DNA of 64,000 bases from Planctomycetota bacterium (GCA_047638675.1 JBLIML010000003.1:20525-84524); one strand, 5' to 3'. Positions 49,616-60,707 are shown, numbered from the stretch's first letter. The notes: a model not told the origin generated them from the sequence alone. Made by a program: numbers and translations.

Positions 49616-49640
49616 GTGGGGAAAAGTGGGGGAAAGTGGT
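49616..49640 (+). promoter_or_regulatory. MraZ operator: three direct repeats with 10-bp phasing
   Basis: GTGGGgaaaaGTGGGggaaaGTGGT lies immediately downstream of the -10 element. It matches the described TGGGN-N5 triple-repeat MraZ site. Confidence 0.65.
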
Positions 49641-49666
49641 TTTTTCCAATAAATCAGGGGTTAAGC

Positions 49667-50125
49667 ATGTTTCGGGGTTTCAGTACCGTCAGTATCGATA
49701 GCAAGGGCCGTCTCGCGGTGCCTAGTCGTTTTCGTGATCGTCTTTCAGCGATTGCTGGCGGCTGCCTTGTGCAAACCTTAAATCCTCTTGATAGATCTCT
49801 CTGGTTATACCCCCTGTCCGAATGGGAACTGATTGAAACGAAGTTGGCGGCTTTGTCCGATTTCGATAAACAAAGTCGTCGTGCTAAACAAATGATGCGT
49901 GGATACGCTACTGATTGTCAACTGGATGGGCAAGGTCGAATTTTGCTGGCGCCTGAATTACGAGATTATGCTTCCTTGAATAAACAGTCGGTGATACTTG
50001 GACAGGGCAACAAATTCGAGATCTGGAACCTGAAAAGTTGGGAAGATCAGCGGGACCAATGGCTGGAACAAGTAGGAAATGAGGATGATGAACCTTCCGA
50101 TCCTTTGAAAGGTTTGTCACTTTGA
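49667..50125 (+). CDS. mraZ: Transcriptional regulator MraZ
   Basis: 152 aa from the Met at 49667, starting MFRGFSTVSIDSKGRLAVPSRFR. It contains two SpoVT/AbrB-like repeats. Confidence 0.95.
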   Translation: MFRGFSTVSIDSKGRLAVPSRFRDRLSAIAGGCLVQTLNPLDRSLWLYPLSEWELIETKLAALSDFDKQSRRAKQMMRGYATDCQLDGQGRILLAPELRDYASLNKQSVILGQGNKFEIWNLKSWEDQRDQWLEQVGNEDDEPSDPLKGLSL

Positions 50126-50154
50126 CGCGACGACCACATCACTAAGTATCCTGG

Positions 50155-51096
50155 ATGAAAATCGATGATTATACGCATACACCTGTGTTGCTTGAGGAGG
50201 TGTTAGATGGTCTTGCAATACGCTCGGATGGGTTTTATGTTGACGCGACCTTTGGTCGTGGTGGCCATTCGCTGGCCATTTTGCAGAGGCTCAATCAACA
50301 AGGTCGACTTCTCGTATTCGATAAGGATCCAGATTCCGTCAAGATTGCGAAACGTTTCGCCAGTGAAGATGATCGATTCGGTTTTGTCCATGCCCCCTTC
50401 AGTGACATTCAGGAACATATTGTTAAAGAGGGCAAATTGGGTGCCGTCAACGGCATTTTATTTGATCTTGGAATGTCTTCGCCACAGTTGGACAAGCCTG
50501 AGCGTGGATTCAGTTTTTCAAGAGACGGTGATCTGGACATGAGGATGAATCCTGACACAGGCACCAGTGCTAGCGACTGGATTAATGCGGCGAAAGAGAA
50601 CGAGATAGTAAGAGTCTTGCGAGATTATGGAGAAGAACGTTTCGCAAGACGAATTGCAAAGAAGATTGTTGAGTATCGTACAGAAAAACAAATAAACCGA
50701 ACCGCACAACTAGCCGAGTTGATTGTTTCAGCCGTACCTTTTCGCGAAAAGGAAAAACATCCAGCGACACGTTCGTTTCAGGCGATACGCATTTTTATAA
50801 ATGATGAACTGGGAGAACTTCGTCAGGCATTGAAACAGGTTAACAGCATATTGACGCCGGGCGGGCGACTGGCGGTGATTAGCTTTCACTCCTTGGAAGA
50901 CAGGATTGTGAAACGCTACATGCGTGAAGAGTCCCTGGGTGATGACTATCCGCAGGATTTACCAGTTACAGCCAGTCAATTGCATCCCCGAATGAAAATT
51001 ATTGGTAAGGCGATCAAACCCGGAGCAAAAGAGATCGAAAATAATCCCAGAGCACGTAGTGCCGTACTTAGGTTTGCGGAGAAACTTGCCGCATGA
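50155..51096 (+). CDS. rsmH: 16S rRNA (cytosine1402-N4)-methyltransferase
   Basis: 313 aa with the blocks HTPVLLEEV, DATFGRGGHS and GVSSPQLD-like GMSSPQLD. Confidence 0.95.
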   Translation: MKIDDYTHTPVLLEEVLDGLAIRSDGFYVDATFGRGGHSLAILQRLNQQGRLLVFDKDPDSVKIAKRFASEDDRFGFVHAPFSDIQEHIVKEGKLGAVNGILFDLGMSSPQLDKPERGFSFSRDGDLDMRMNPDTGTSASDWINAAKENEIVRVLRDYGEERFARRIAKKIVEYRTEKQINRTAQLAELIVSAVPFREKEKHPATRSFQAIRIFINDELGELRQALKQVNSILTPGGRLAVISFHSLEDRIVKRYMREESLGDDYPQDLPVTASQLHPRMKIIGKAIKPGAKEIENNPRARSAVLRFAEKLAA

Positions 51097-51356
51097 AGGT
51101 ATTCCTGATTCTGGTTTTACTTTTTGCGGTGATTTACTCCGCTATTGACGTCGTGTTAGCTCAACATATGGCAAGGAAGCTTTTTGTAGAAATACAGGAG
51201 CTGGAACAGCGCCAGGATGATTTAAACGAGGAATGGGGAAAGTTACAACTTGAGCAAAGTACCTGGGCGACCGATGACAGGGTAGAGGAGCTTGCAAGGA
51301 TGAAATTGGAAATGACCGAACCAGATGTAAGTTCATTAGTTTTAATAATGCAATGA
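51093..51356 (+). CDS. ftsL: Cell division protein FtsL
   Basis: 87 aa, with a single TM followed by a coiled-coil. It lies between rsmH and ftsI and overlaps both neighbours. Confidence 0.85.
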   Translation: MKVFLILVLLFAVIYSAIDVVLAQHMARKLFVEIQELEQRQDDLNEEWGKLQLEQSTWATDDRVEELARMKLEMTEPDVSSLVLIMQ

Positions 51357-53089
51357 AGCACGAGCAAACTATTGTTACCTACCCTGCACGTCGATGGCTA
51401 ATGCTAATCGTTTTTTTAAGCGCAACTTCATTTTTGCTCTGGCGTGCATTCGATTTACAGGTTCTGAATCAAGATTTTTTACGTAACCATGGCGACGCGC
51501 GTGCTCTGAGAACAGTCAGTATATCCGCTCATCGAGGCATTATCACCGATCGCAATGGCGAGCCATTGGCGGTGAGTACCCCAGTCCAGTCAATATGGGC
51601 GAGGCCACAGCAATTGCTGCAGTCCGGCGCTGATTTATCTGCCCTCGCGGCAGCATTGGAGATGAGCACACCTTCTTTACGTGATTTACTTCAGAGTCGT
51701 CTGCATCGGAAGTTTGTTTATCTAAAACGTCAAACAAAACCACAACTGGCGCGTGCGATTGAAGAGCTGGAGCTACCGGGAGTTTACATGGAGCGTGAAT
51801 ACAAGCGCTTTTATCCTAGCGGCGAGATAACTGCACACCTCATCGGTTTTACGAATGTTGATGATGCAGGGCAGGAAGGACTGGAGTTGGCTTATGATCA
51901 ATGGTTGCAAGGTACTTCTGGTTCCAAACGCGTCTTGAAAGATTTGCTTGGACGCGTAATCGAAGATGTGGAAAGTATCGAACCTGCAAGCCCTGGAAAA
52001 TCACTGGAGTTGAGTATAGATCGACGTATACAGTATTTGGCTTATCGGGAACTAAAGGCTGCTGTGACCTTTCATCGCGCGCGTGCCGGCATGTTGGTGA
52101 TGCTTGACGTCAATACCGGCGAAGTAATGGCGATGGTAAATCAACCTTCTTACAACCCTAACAATCGTAGCGGGTTTAAAAGCAATCATTTTCGTAATCG
52201 TACGACTACCGATGTATTTGAACCCGGTTCGACCCTGAAACCTTTCACCATTGCAGCTGCACTGCAATCCGGATTGTATGACCGTACATCACGAATTGAA
52301 ACCGCCCCTGGGTATTTAAGAGTGAGCGGTCATACGATTAAAGATCACCAAAATTATGGCAATCTGGATTTGACGAATATTCTTAAAAAATCCAGCAATG
52401 TTGGTGCTAGTAAAATCGCCCTGGCCTTAGGCCCGGAAAAAATATGGGAGATGTATGCAAATATTGGTTTTGGTCAATCAACGGGCAGCGGTTTTCCAGG
52501 TGAGTCATCTGGATTACTGAACGGCTACAGAAATTGGTCAGAAGTAGAGCTGGCAACGATGTCGTTTGGCCATGGGATAGCCGTGACGGCTTTACAATTG
52601 GCGCAGGCCTATTCCGTTCTGGCAAATAATGGCGTGTTACATCCTGTTTCCTTTCAGAAAGTTACGGGACCCGTGGAAGGCAGGCAGGTCTTGCCAGTTG
52701 GGGTGGTCGAGAATGTAAAACTGATGCTTGAAACGGTTGTGCAGCAGGGAGGTACAGGTCTTAGGGCTGCGGTAAAGGGTTATCGTGTTGCAGGAAAAAC
52801 GGGTACTGCTCACAAGGCTGTCGCCGGTGGTTATGCAGAAGACCGCTATATGTCAGTTTTCGCTGGTATGGCGCCGGTAAGCAGGCCCAAACTGGTGATG
52901 GTCGTGGCCATCGATGAGCCGCAAAGTGGCGAGCATTATGGTGGTTTAGTTGCTGCGCCAGTTTTTTCCAAGGTGATGCAGGGTGCATTAAGAATACTAA
53001 ACGTCGCCCCGGATGACATGGCATCCTTCGAAAGCAAGATCGTTGTTGCTAATGCAAGTAATGAGTCAAATCAGGTGTTGTGGCAATGA
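51353..53089 (+). CDS. ftsI: Peptidoglycan D,D-transpeptidase FtsI (PBP3)
   Basis: 578 aa with an N-terminal TM and the motifs STLKP, SSN and KTGT. Confidence 0.95.
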   Translation: MKHEQTIVTYPARRWLMLIVFLSATSFLLWRAFDLQVLNQDFLRNHGDARALRTVSISAHRGIITDRNGEPLAVSTPVQSIWARPQQLLQSGADLSALAAALEMSTPSLRDLLQSRLHRKFVYLKRQTKPQLARAIEELELPGVYMEREYKRFYPSGEITAHLIGFTNVDDAGQEGLELAYDQWLQGTSGSKRVLKDLLGRVIEDVESIEPASPGKSLELSIDRRIQYLAYRELKAAVTFHRARAGMLVMLDVNTGEVMAMVNQPSYNPNNRSGFKSNHFRNRTTTDVFEPGSTLKPFTIAAALQSGLYDRTSRIETAPGYLRVSGHTIKDHQNYGNLDLTNILKKSSNVGASKIALALGPEKIWEMYANIGFGQSTGSGFPGESSGLLNGYRNWSEVELATMSFGHGIAVTALQLAQAYSVLANNGVLHPVSFQKVTGPVEGRQVLPVGVVENVKLMLETVVQQGGTGLRAAVKGYRVAGKTGTAHKAVAGGYAEDRYMSVFAGMAPVSRPKLVMVVAIDEPQSGEHYGGLVAAPVFSKVMQGALRILNVAPDDMASFESKIVVANASNESNQVLWQ

Positions 53090-54600
53090 TGGCACTCAAA
53101 AAACCGACAGATGAAATAACTCTGGTCGATCTTCTAGGCGACTTTATAGAGATTGATGCAGTCGACAACCGGTCTTTGAGTGGATTGAAAAATGATAGCC
53201 GTGAAATCAAGCCCGGCGATTTGTTTCTCGCCTGTCGCGGTTATAGTAGTAACGGGGCTCAATTTATTGATGACGCAATCTCGGCTGGCGCCTGCGCAGT
53301 AGTCGTAGAAGCTGATCTTGTTAGTAAAAATGCAAAATATGCCGTGCCAGTGATCAGGCTAATGAATCTTTCTGCCAGGCTTGGTCTCATTGCACATCGT
53401 TTCTATCAAGGTCCTTCGGACGCACTAAATGTTATTGCTGTTACTGGCACTAATGGCAAAACTTCAGTTGCACAGTTCATTGCAATGACATTGAGCGCGG
53501 TAAACGGTAGAGATGTTGGCCTTATAGGAACCCTGGGGATAGGTACTGCTGGCAAGCTACGCCCGGGTGTCAATACGACTCCGGATGCACTGACTATTCA
53601 TCACACGCTCGCTGAAATGCGAGATAACGGAACTGAAAACGTGGTCATGGAAGTCTCCTCTCACGGTTTGGTAGAGGCACGCGTTGCCGGTGTGAGTTTT
53701 GATATAGGAATATTTACGAATCTTAGTCAGGATCATCTTGATTATCACGGAACTATGGAAGCTTATGCTGAAGCCAAGCGTCAGTTATTTTTGTTTGAAT
53801 CATTACGAAGTGCCGTAATTAATATTGATGATGAGTATGGCCAACATCTGAAAAACGAATTGGAGGGTAAGTTACGAGTCATAAGCTATAGCACCAGGCA
53901 AAAAACCTCCACTGAAGAGGCGAATGATCATGTTTATGGATATGTTACTGATACAGCTCTCGGCGCTCTATCTCTTAATATAACCAGTCCATGGGGAGAG
54001 GGCACCTTAAGCAGCAAATTAAGTGGCGAATTTAACGCAGGTAATCTACTAGCCAGTCTGTCAGCTTTATGCCTGTCCGGGATCACTTTTACGCAAGCAC
54101 TTGAAGGACTTTCAAATGTTGATGCGGTAGCGGGCAGAATGGAATGCTTTGCGAAAGCAGGTTTCGCTCGAATTATTGTTGACTACGCCCACACACCTGA
54201 TGCTTTAGAAAAGGCACTCACCAGTTTGCAAAACATTACCGAGGGAAGACTTATTTGTGTTGTCGGTTGTGGCGGTGATCGAGATAAAAGCAAGCGTCCA
54301 CTAATGGGAAAGATAGCAGAAAATAATTCCGATCAAATCATTCTAACCAGCGATAACCCGAGGAGTGAAGATCCGCTTGCGATTATTGAACATATCCTGG
54401 CTGGTTTCGAGAGAAGGGATGCAGTAAACGTAATTCCGGATCGTTCTGCTGCTATCGCTCACGCAATCAAATCGGCACACGTAGACGACGTTATATTGAT
54501 TGCCGGTAAAGGACATGAAACCTGGCAAGAGATAGCGGGTGTGCGTACGCCTTTCAGTGACCGACAACTGGTAAGAAACCTTCTGGAGAAAACAGAATGA
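53080..54600 (+). CDS. murE: UDP-MurNAc-tripeptide synthetase (meso-DAP adding)
   Basis: 506 aa with GTNGKTS and the DNPR motif. The start is a GTG or an ATG a few codons later. Confidence 0.95.
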   Translation: MAMMALKKPTDEITLVDLLGDFIEIDAVDNRSLSGLKNDSREIKPGDLFLACRGYSSNGAQFIDDAISAGACAVVVEADLVSKNAKYAVPVIRLMNLSARLGLIAHRFYQGPSDALNVIAVTGTNGKTSVAQFIAMTLSAVNGRDVGLIGTLGIGTAGKLRPGVNTTPDALTIHHTLAEMRDNGTENVVMEVSSHGLVEARVAGVSFDIGIFTNLSQDHLDYHGTMEAYAEAKRQLFLFESLRSAVINIDDEYGQHLKNELEGKLRVISYSTRQKTSTEEANDHVYGYVTDTALGALSLNITSPWGEGTLSSKLSGEFNAGNLLASLSALCLSGITFTQALEGLSNVDAVAGRMECFAKAGFARIIVDYAHTPDALEKALTSLQNITEGRLICVVGCGGDRDKSKRPLMGKIAENNSDQIILTSDNPRSEDPLAIIEHILAGFERRDAVNVIPDRSAAIAHAIKSAHVDDVILIAGKGHETWQEIAGVRTPFSDRQLVRNLLEKTE

Positions 54601-55952
54601 TCCAGATGCGTTTATCGGAAGCCGCTGGGATTTTGAACGCTGGTCTGTATGCTGAAGACTTGCTGTTTAGGGGATGCAGTACCGACACTCGCAATCCCTG
54701 TGAGGGCGCATTGTTTATTGCTTTACATGGTGAAAACTATGACGGTCATAAATTTGTCGATCAGGCGATCCAGGGCGGTGCAGTAGCGGCGATGGTTGAG
54801 CGTGAATTTAACGATCCTTCACTGCCTATGATGATAGTGCAGGACACGAGACGGGCAATGGGTGAATTGGCCAGTGCCTGGCGGACTAAATTTACTCTAC
54901 CTGTGATTGCCGTCACCGGTAGCGCTGGCAAGACCACGGTAAAGGAAATGTTGGCGTCGATTTTGTCAGCGCATGCGCCGGTGCTTTCCACCTACGGAAA
55001 TTTTAACAATGATATTGGCGTGCCATTAACGTTGTTTGGGCTGCACGGCCAGCACAAGTTTGCAGTAATAGAGATGGGTGCTAACCATCCTGGTGAGATC
55101 GCCAATCTCGCAGCAATGACAAAACCAAGTGTTGCTGTGATCACCTTATGTGCACCAGCGCATATCGAAGGCTTCGGTTCCATTGATGGTGTTGCCGAAG
55201 CCAAAGCAGAGATTTTCTCTGGTTTACGGCCAGAGGGGGTAGCCATCATCAATGTTGATGATCAGTACGCAGCTTCCTGGCAACTTAAAGCTTCCGGATC
55301 CAAACAACTTTCGTTTGGTATGAATAGCACCGCTGACATTAGTGGTAGGAATGTCGAGCTTAACCTGGCGAGTGGGTGTAGTCAGTTTGTTATGACGACG
55401 CCGGATGGTGAAATCGATATCAAATTGAATTTATTAGGGCTGCATAACGTAAGAAATGCGCTGGCAGCAGCAGCCTGTTGTGTGGCAATCGATATTCCTT
55501 TGCAGCAAATTAAGGAAGGTTTGCAGCGAATGCAAGCAGTGAAGGGGCGTATGCAATCCAGAGCAGGTATAAAAAATTCTCGGATTATTGATGATACCTA
55601 TAATGCTAATCCAGCTTCGCTCGAAGCCGCTATTCAGGCAGCAAGCATCACATCGGCTCGTTGCTGGTTAGTGCTGGGTGATATGGGTGAATTAGGTGAT
55701 GCGGCTGTGTCTTCGCATCAACAGGCGGGCGAAATTGCACGAGCCGCCGGTATTGAACGACTCTATACCCTCGGTGAACTTGGCGAGTATGCAGTGCAGG
55801 CGTTTGGCACAGGTGCCAGACATTATACCGATCAGGCCACCTTGATTGAGACACTTGTTAGTGAGATGGGGGAAGGGCTTACGGTACTGGTAAAAGGCTC
55901 ACGCGCTATGGCCATGGAACACGTCGTGCATTCGCTGGTGCAAGGAGACTGA
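54597..55952 (+). CDS. murF: UDP-MurNAc-pentapeptide synthetase
   Basis: 451 aa with GSAGKTT and DDTYNANP. Confidence 0.95.
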   Translation: MIQMRLSEAAGILNAGLYAEDLLFRGCSTDTRNPCEGALFIALHGENYDGHKFVDQAIQGGAVAAMVEREFNDPSLPMMIVQDTRRAMGELASAWRTKFTLPVIAVTGSAGKTTVKEMLASILSAHAPVLSTYGNFNNDIGVPLTLFGLHGQHKFAVIEMGANHPGEIANLAAMTKPSVAVITLCAPAHIEGFGSIDGVAEAKAEIFSGLRPEGVAIINVDDQYAASWQLKASGSKQLSFGMNSTADISGRNVELNLASGCSQFVMTTPDGEIDIKLNLLGLHNVRNALAAAACCVAIDIPLQQIKEGLQRMQAVKGRMQSRAGIKNSRIIDDTYNANPASLEAAIQAASITSARCWLVLGDMGELGDAAVSSHQQAGEIARAAGIERLYTLGELGEYAVQAFGTGARHYTDQATLIETLVSEMGEGLTVLVKGSRAMAMEHVVHSLVQGD

Positions 55953-55955
55953 TCC

Positions 55956-57038
55956 ATGTTGCTATGGTTAACTGAATATTTAACACAATTTCATAGTGGT
56001 TTTAACGTCTTCCAGTACATCACCATGCGTACCATTTTAGGCGCATTGACATCATTATTTATTGGATTGTTAGTCGGACCAAAATTAATTCTAAGTTTGG
56101 AAAAACTTCAGATTGGTCAGACAGTACGTGATGACGGACCAGAGTCTCATCTATCGAAGGCCGGCACGCCAACGATGGGCGGTATGTTGATACTGGTATC
56201 GATTGCCTTTAGTACCTTGTGTTGGGCGGACCTGAGTAACAGGTACATTCTCGTTGTCTCGACCGTGACTTTGTTATTCGGACTAATCGGATGGGTCGAC
56301 GACTATAAAAAGGTCATACAGGGAAACTCAGTCGGTATCAGGTCACGATGGAAGTATTTCTGGCAGTCCGTTGTCGGTTTTTCGGCGGCCTTATTTTTGT
56401 TCATGAGCGCTCAGAGCCCGACGGAGACGCAACTTATTATTCCTTTTATAAAAACCGTTAACCTGGATATGGGCTGGATGTTTGTCGTACTTGCGTATTT
56501 TGTCATCGTTGGATCAAGCAATGCCGTAAATCTTACTGATGGTCTTGATGGTCTGGCAATACTCCCAACAGTGATGGTTGCAGGTGCGCTTGCTATTTTT
56601 GCTTACGCGGCGGGTCATGCGCGTTTCGCAGAATATTTAAGTATTCCTTATGTACCAGGCGTTGGTGAAGTTAGTGTTTTCTGTGGCGCGATCGTGGGCT
56701 CTGGCCTCGGCTTCCTCTGGTTTAACACCTATCCTGCACAGGTTTTTATGGGAGATATTGGCGCATTGGCATTGGGTGCGGCTTTGGGCGTCGTTGCGGT
56801 AGTTGTCAGACAGGAGCTGGTTTTATTCATCATGGGAGGTGTGTTTGTGATGGAAACAGTGTCTGTCATCTTGCAAGTGAGTTCATTCAAACTTACCGGC
56901 AAACGAATATTTCAAATGGCACCGCTGCATCATCATTACGAATTGAAAGGCTGGCCAGAACCCAGGGTGATTGTTCGCTTCTGGATCATTACTTTTATCC
57001 TGGTGCTTGTAGGTCTTGCTAGCCTCAAGGTTCGTTAA
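55956..57038 (+). CDS. mraY: Phospho-N-acetylmuramoyl-pentapeptide transferase
   Basis: 360 aa, 10 TM helices, with the blocks [20 protein letters not shown] and HHHYE. Confidence 0.97.
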   Translation: MLLWLTEYLTQFHSGFNVFQYITMRTILGALTSLFIGLLVGPKLILSLEKLQIGQTVRDDGPESHLSKAGTPTMGGMLILVSIAFSTLCWADLSNRYILVVSTVTLLFGLIGWVDDYKKVIQGNSVGIRSRWKYFWQSVVGFSAALFLFMSAQSPTETQLIIPFIKTVNLDMGWMFVVLAYFVIVGSSNAVNLTDGLDGLAILPTVMVAGALAIFAYAAGHARFAEYLSIPYVPGVGEVSVFCGAIVGSGLGFLWFNTYPAQVFMGDIGALALGAALGVVAVVVRQELVLFIMGGVFVMETVSVILQVSSFKLTGKRIFQMAPLHHHYELKGWPEPRVIVRFWIITFILVLVGLASLKVR

Positions 57039-57047
57039 TGCCTGACT

Positions 57048-58433
57048 ATGAATTCGATATCGTTAAAAAGAAAAGAGATGACTGAATCAGTATCACAGTT
57101 TGACAGTATTGTTATTGGTCTCGGTAAGACAGGTGTCTCCGTTGCCGATTATTTACTGGCACAGGGGCAGCGCATTGCCGTGGTCGATTCTCGTCTACAA
57201 CCGCCTGACATAGAGAGCTTCGTACATCGTTATCCGAACGTTCCACTTTACCTGGGGGCGTTTGAACAAAGCATTCTTAGTCGAGCTACACGCCTGATCC
57301 TCAGCCCTGGAGTGTCCATGCGGGAGCCAGCCATACAGAAGGCAATGGCAACAGGCGTGCAACTCAGTAGCGATATTGAAATATTTTGTCAGCAAGCAAA
57401 AGCGCCGATTATTGCTGTTACAGGCTCCAATGGTAAGAGCACGGTCGTGACACTACTGACAAGCATGATAGAACAGAGTGGGTATAGGGCAATACTGGCT
57501 GGCAATATCGGAATACCAGTGCTGGATATTCTGCGAGATGATATTCCTGATTTTTATGTGTTGGAACTTTCGAGTTTTCAATTGGAAACTTTGAGTTCTT
57601 TAAACGCCATAGTTTCACTGGTACTAAACATCAGTCCTGATCATATGGATCGCTACGAAAGTTTTGCGGAGTACGTAGCGACCAAGCAAAGAATTTATGC
57701 CGGCGACGGAAAGATGGTGCTCAATAGAGATGATTCCCTGGTTGCAGATATGGCGAAACAAAATAGAACGGCAATTTTTTATGGTTTATCCGAGCCGGAC
57801 GAAAACGATTTTGGCCTACGAACGATTAATGAAGAGATCTTTCTTTGCCACGGCGAAAAAGAACTTATGCCCGCGTCTGCGCTTAAGCATCACGCTCGAT
57901 ATAATATTTCTAATGCGCTTGCAACATTGGCTCTGGGGCACGCAATAGGATTGCCAATGCAAAGCATGCTGACAGCGCTGCAGGCATTTTCGGGTTTGCC
58001 GCATCGCTGTCAATGGTTGGCAAATATCGAAGGTGTAAACTGGTTTGATGATTCCAAAGGTACTAATGTCGGTGCAACTTGCGCTGCTATCGAAGGTTTG
58101 GGAAATGACCAGCAGCTAATCCTGATTGCAGGCGGTGATGGAAAACAGGCAGATTTCTCTCCACTGACAAAGGCCATAAAAGAACATGTGCGAATCACTA
58201 TACTAATTGGAAAAGATGCCGGTCTTATAGATCAAATTTTAGCAAAAGAGAGCCAACGTTATTTTGCTACGAGCATGGAAGCCGCCGTTAGCACGGCAGC
58301 TAGTTTGGCTCGGTCAGGTGAGGCAGTACTGCTATCACCGGCATGTGCGAGCCAGGATATGTTTCGTGACTACAAGCATCGTGGAGAAGTCTTTGGCAAG
58401 GCTGTGCGAGCATTGACAGGAGCTCGGAAATGA
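57048..58433 (+). CDS. murD: UDP-MurNAc-L-Ala:D-Glu ligase
   Basis: 461 aa with GLGKTG and GSNGKST. The start may be the Met at 57078. Confidence 0.95.
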   Translation: MNSISLKRKEMTESVSQFDSIVIGLGKTGVSVADYLLAQGQRIAVVDSRLQPPDIESFVHRYPNVPLYLGAFEQSILSRATRLILSPGVSMREPAIQKAMATGVQLSSDIEIFCQQAKAPIIAVTGSNGKSTVVTLLTSMIEQSGYRAILAGNIGIPVLDILRDDIPDFYVLELSSFQLETLSSLNAIVSLVLNISPDHMDRYESFAEYVATKQRIYAGDGKMVLNRDDSLVADMAKQNRTAIFYGLSEPDENDFGLRTINEEIFLCHGEKELMPASALKHHARYNISNALATLALGHAIGLPMQSMLTALQAFSGLPHRCQWLANIEGVNWFDDSKGTNVGATCAAIEGLGNDQQLILIAGGDGKQADFSPLTKAIKEHVRITILIGKDAGLIDQILAKESQRYFATSMEAAVSTAASLARSGEAVLLSPACASQDMFRDYKHRGEVFGKAVRALTGARK

Positions 58434-59629
58434 AGCAAAGGCGCCAGGCAAGTTCACACCTGCACAACGGCAGGGCTATTGGTAAATTGCCGCAGTATGA
58501 TTTTTACCTTATAGGCCTTACTTTGTTTCTGGTTGGCCTAGGTCTGGTCATGGTAGCGTCGGCATCTGTAACAGTGGCGGAACGGCACTTTATTGAACCC
58601 TTACATTACTTCTGGCGGCAAAGTATTGCAGCTGCGTTAGGCTTGTCCATTTCCTTTCTGGTGATAAAAACACCTCTGGCCATCTGGCGACAGGTCAGTG
58701 TGCCTCTGTTGATGCTTGGCGTATTTTCATTAATTTTGGTTTTAATCCCCGGGGTTGGGCGTGAGGTCAATGGAAGTATGCGCTGGATCAGTTTAGGTCC
58801 GTTTAATTTACAAAGCTCCGAGCCGATAAAAATATTTGTCATTACTTACATGGCCGGATACCTGGTACGCCACCGGGATAAAGTGATAAGTAGTTTTGCG
58901 GGCTTCATCAGACCTATAGGTGTCGTTACTCTGGTAGCTGGATTGTTATTACTTGAGCCCGATTATGGTTCAGCGGTGGTTCTATTTGCGACGGCTCTGG
59001 GTATGTTGTTTATGGGCGGAGTGCCATTGAGTCGATTCCTGGCCTGGATGTGTGCTGCGACTGCGGTGTTGATGAGCCTGGCAGTACTTTCTCCTTATCG
59101 TCTGCAGAGATTAACCAGTTTTCTTGACCCCTGGCAGGATCCGTTCAACAGCGGTTTCCAATTGACTCAAGCTTTGATCGCTTTTGGCCGGGGTGAATGG
59201 TTTGGTGTTGGACTGGGCAACAGTGTGCAAAAACTATTTTACCTGCCTGAAGCCCACACCGATTTCGTCTTTGCGGTTTTCGCAGAAGAATTTGGCCTGC
59301 TAGGTAGCGTATTGTTAATTTTGGCCTTCCTGTTTCTAGTGTGGCGTGCCTTTGTGATTGCAAAGCTTGCGGAACAATCCGGTAAAGATTTTGCCGCCTA
59401 TGTGGCCTATGGCGTTGGTACACTGATTGGTTTGCAGGCCTTTATTAACATGGGCGTCAATATGGGCGTTTTGCCTACAAAAGGATTGACTTTGCCTTTA
59501 ATAAGTTACGGCGGAAATAGCATGGCCGTCAGTTGTGTGTTGATTGCGCTGCTGATCCGGGTTGATCTGGAAAATCATCAAATCGCAAAAAATGAAATAC
59601 CGGAGGCGAGTTCAAGCTATGTCGCATGA
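58430..59629 (+). CDS. ftsW: Peptidoglycan glycosyltransferase FtsW (SEDS)
   Basis: 399 aa, polytopic, with the SEDS blocks QPSE-like SSEPIK, PEAHTDF and PLISYGG. Confidence 0.95.
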   Translation: MKQRRQASSHLHNGRAIGKLPQYDFYLIGLTLFLVGLGLVMVASASVTVAERHFIEPLHYFWRQSIAAALGLSISFLVIKTPLAIWRQVSVPLLMLGVFSLILVLIPGVGREVNGSMRWISLGPFNLQSSEPIKIFVITYMAGYLVRHRDKVISSFAGFIRPIGVVTLVAGLLLLEPDYGSAVVLFATALGMLFMGGVPLSRFLAWMCAATAVLMSLAVLSPYRLQRLTSFLDPWQDPFNSGFQLTQALIAFGRGEWFGVGLGNSVQKLFYLPEAHTDFVFAVFAEEFGLLGSVLLILAFLFLVWRAFVIAKLAEQSGKDFAAYVAYGVGTLIGLQAFINMGVNMGVLPTKGLTLPLISYGGNSMAVSCVLIALLIRVDLENHQIAKNEIPEASSSYVA

Positions 59630-60707
59630 CCGTATACTCATTATGGCGGGAGGCACTGGGGGGCATGTCTATCCAGCTTTGGCGGTTGCAGATTATCTGC
59701 GTGATCGTGGTGCGGGGATCCGTTGGCTGGGCACAGAAACCGGTCTTGAGGCACGCGTCGTTCCAGCAAAAGGATATTCATTATCGACAATTAAAGTGGC
59801 CGGGTTGCGTGGTAAAAGTTTGATGAGTCTTTTACTCGCTCCTTTCATGCTGTTCGCCGCAATACTCCATGCCTTAGTACTCATTCGTCAATTCAAGCCA
59901 GATGCAGTGCTTGGAATGGGCGGCTATGTCAGCGGTCCCGGGGGCGTCGCGGCATGGTTATTACGCGTGCCCCTGTATATTCATGAACAAAACGCGATCG
60001 CTGGTTTGACAAACCGTCTACTTGCTCCTTTGTCAAAAATGATTATGCAGGGTTTCCCTGACACTTTTGATGCTGGTAGTCGGGTGAAAACTACTGGTAA
60101 TCCAGTACGCAGTGAAATCATCCGTTCAGCGAAAGTTGAAACGCGAAATGCCAATGACGAAAAAGATCATGTTTGTCTATTGGTATTGGGAGGCAGTCTT
60201 GGCGCCAGAGCGCTTAACCAGACGGTTCCCTCGGCCTTAAAATGTCTGTCAGCAGAGTGCCATTTTCAAATATGGCATCAAACAGGCACGCAACACTTTC
60301 AGGAGACTAAAGGAATATACGAAAAATTTGATCTGCACGAGGCGCGGGTTGATGCCTATATAGAGGATATGGCTGGCGCCTATGAGTGGGCGGATCTGGT
60401 CTTGTGTCGAGCAGGGGCACTAACCCTGGCGGAATTGTGTGTATCTGGATTGGCCTCGATTCTTGTTCCTTATCCTCATGCCGTCGATGATCATCAGACG
60501 GTCAATGCACGGTATCTAAGCGATAAAGGCGCGGCAATACTCTTGCCGGAGACAGATCTTCAGGCAGATACGCTGGCGACTTTGCTCAGCGGATTATGTA
60601 ATGCGCGTTCCCGTTTACATGATATGGCAGCGAAGACTCGTCAACTGGCTCAGGTGGATGCCACCGTTCAAGTGGCGCAAATATGTTTAGGGGGTGCCAG
60701 TGCCTGA
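59619..60707 (+). CDS. murG: Lipid II GlcNAc transferase MurG
   Basis: 362 aa from the Met at 59619, starting MSHDRILIMAGGTGGHVYPALA. It overlaps the ftsW stop. Confidence 0.95.
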   Translation: MSHDRILIMAGGTGGHVYPALAVADYLRDRGAGIRWLGTETGLEARVVPAKGYSLSTIKVAGLRGKSLMSLLLAPFMLFAAILHALVLIRQFKPDAVLGMGGYVSGPGGVAAWLLRVPLYIHEQNAIAGLTNRLLAPLSKMIMQGFPDTFDAGSRVKTTGNPVRSEIIRSAKVETRNANDEKDHVCLLVLGGSLGARALNQTVPSALKCLSAECHFQIWHQTGTQHFQETKGIYEKFDLHEARVDAYIEDMAGAYEWADLVLCRAGALTLAELCVSGLASILVPYPHAVDDHQTVNARYLSDKGAAILLPETDLQADTLATLLSGLCNARSRLHDMAAKTRQLAQVDATVQVAQICLGGASA

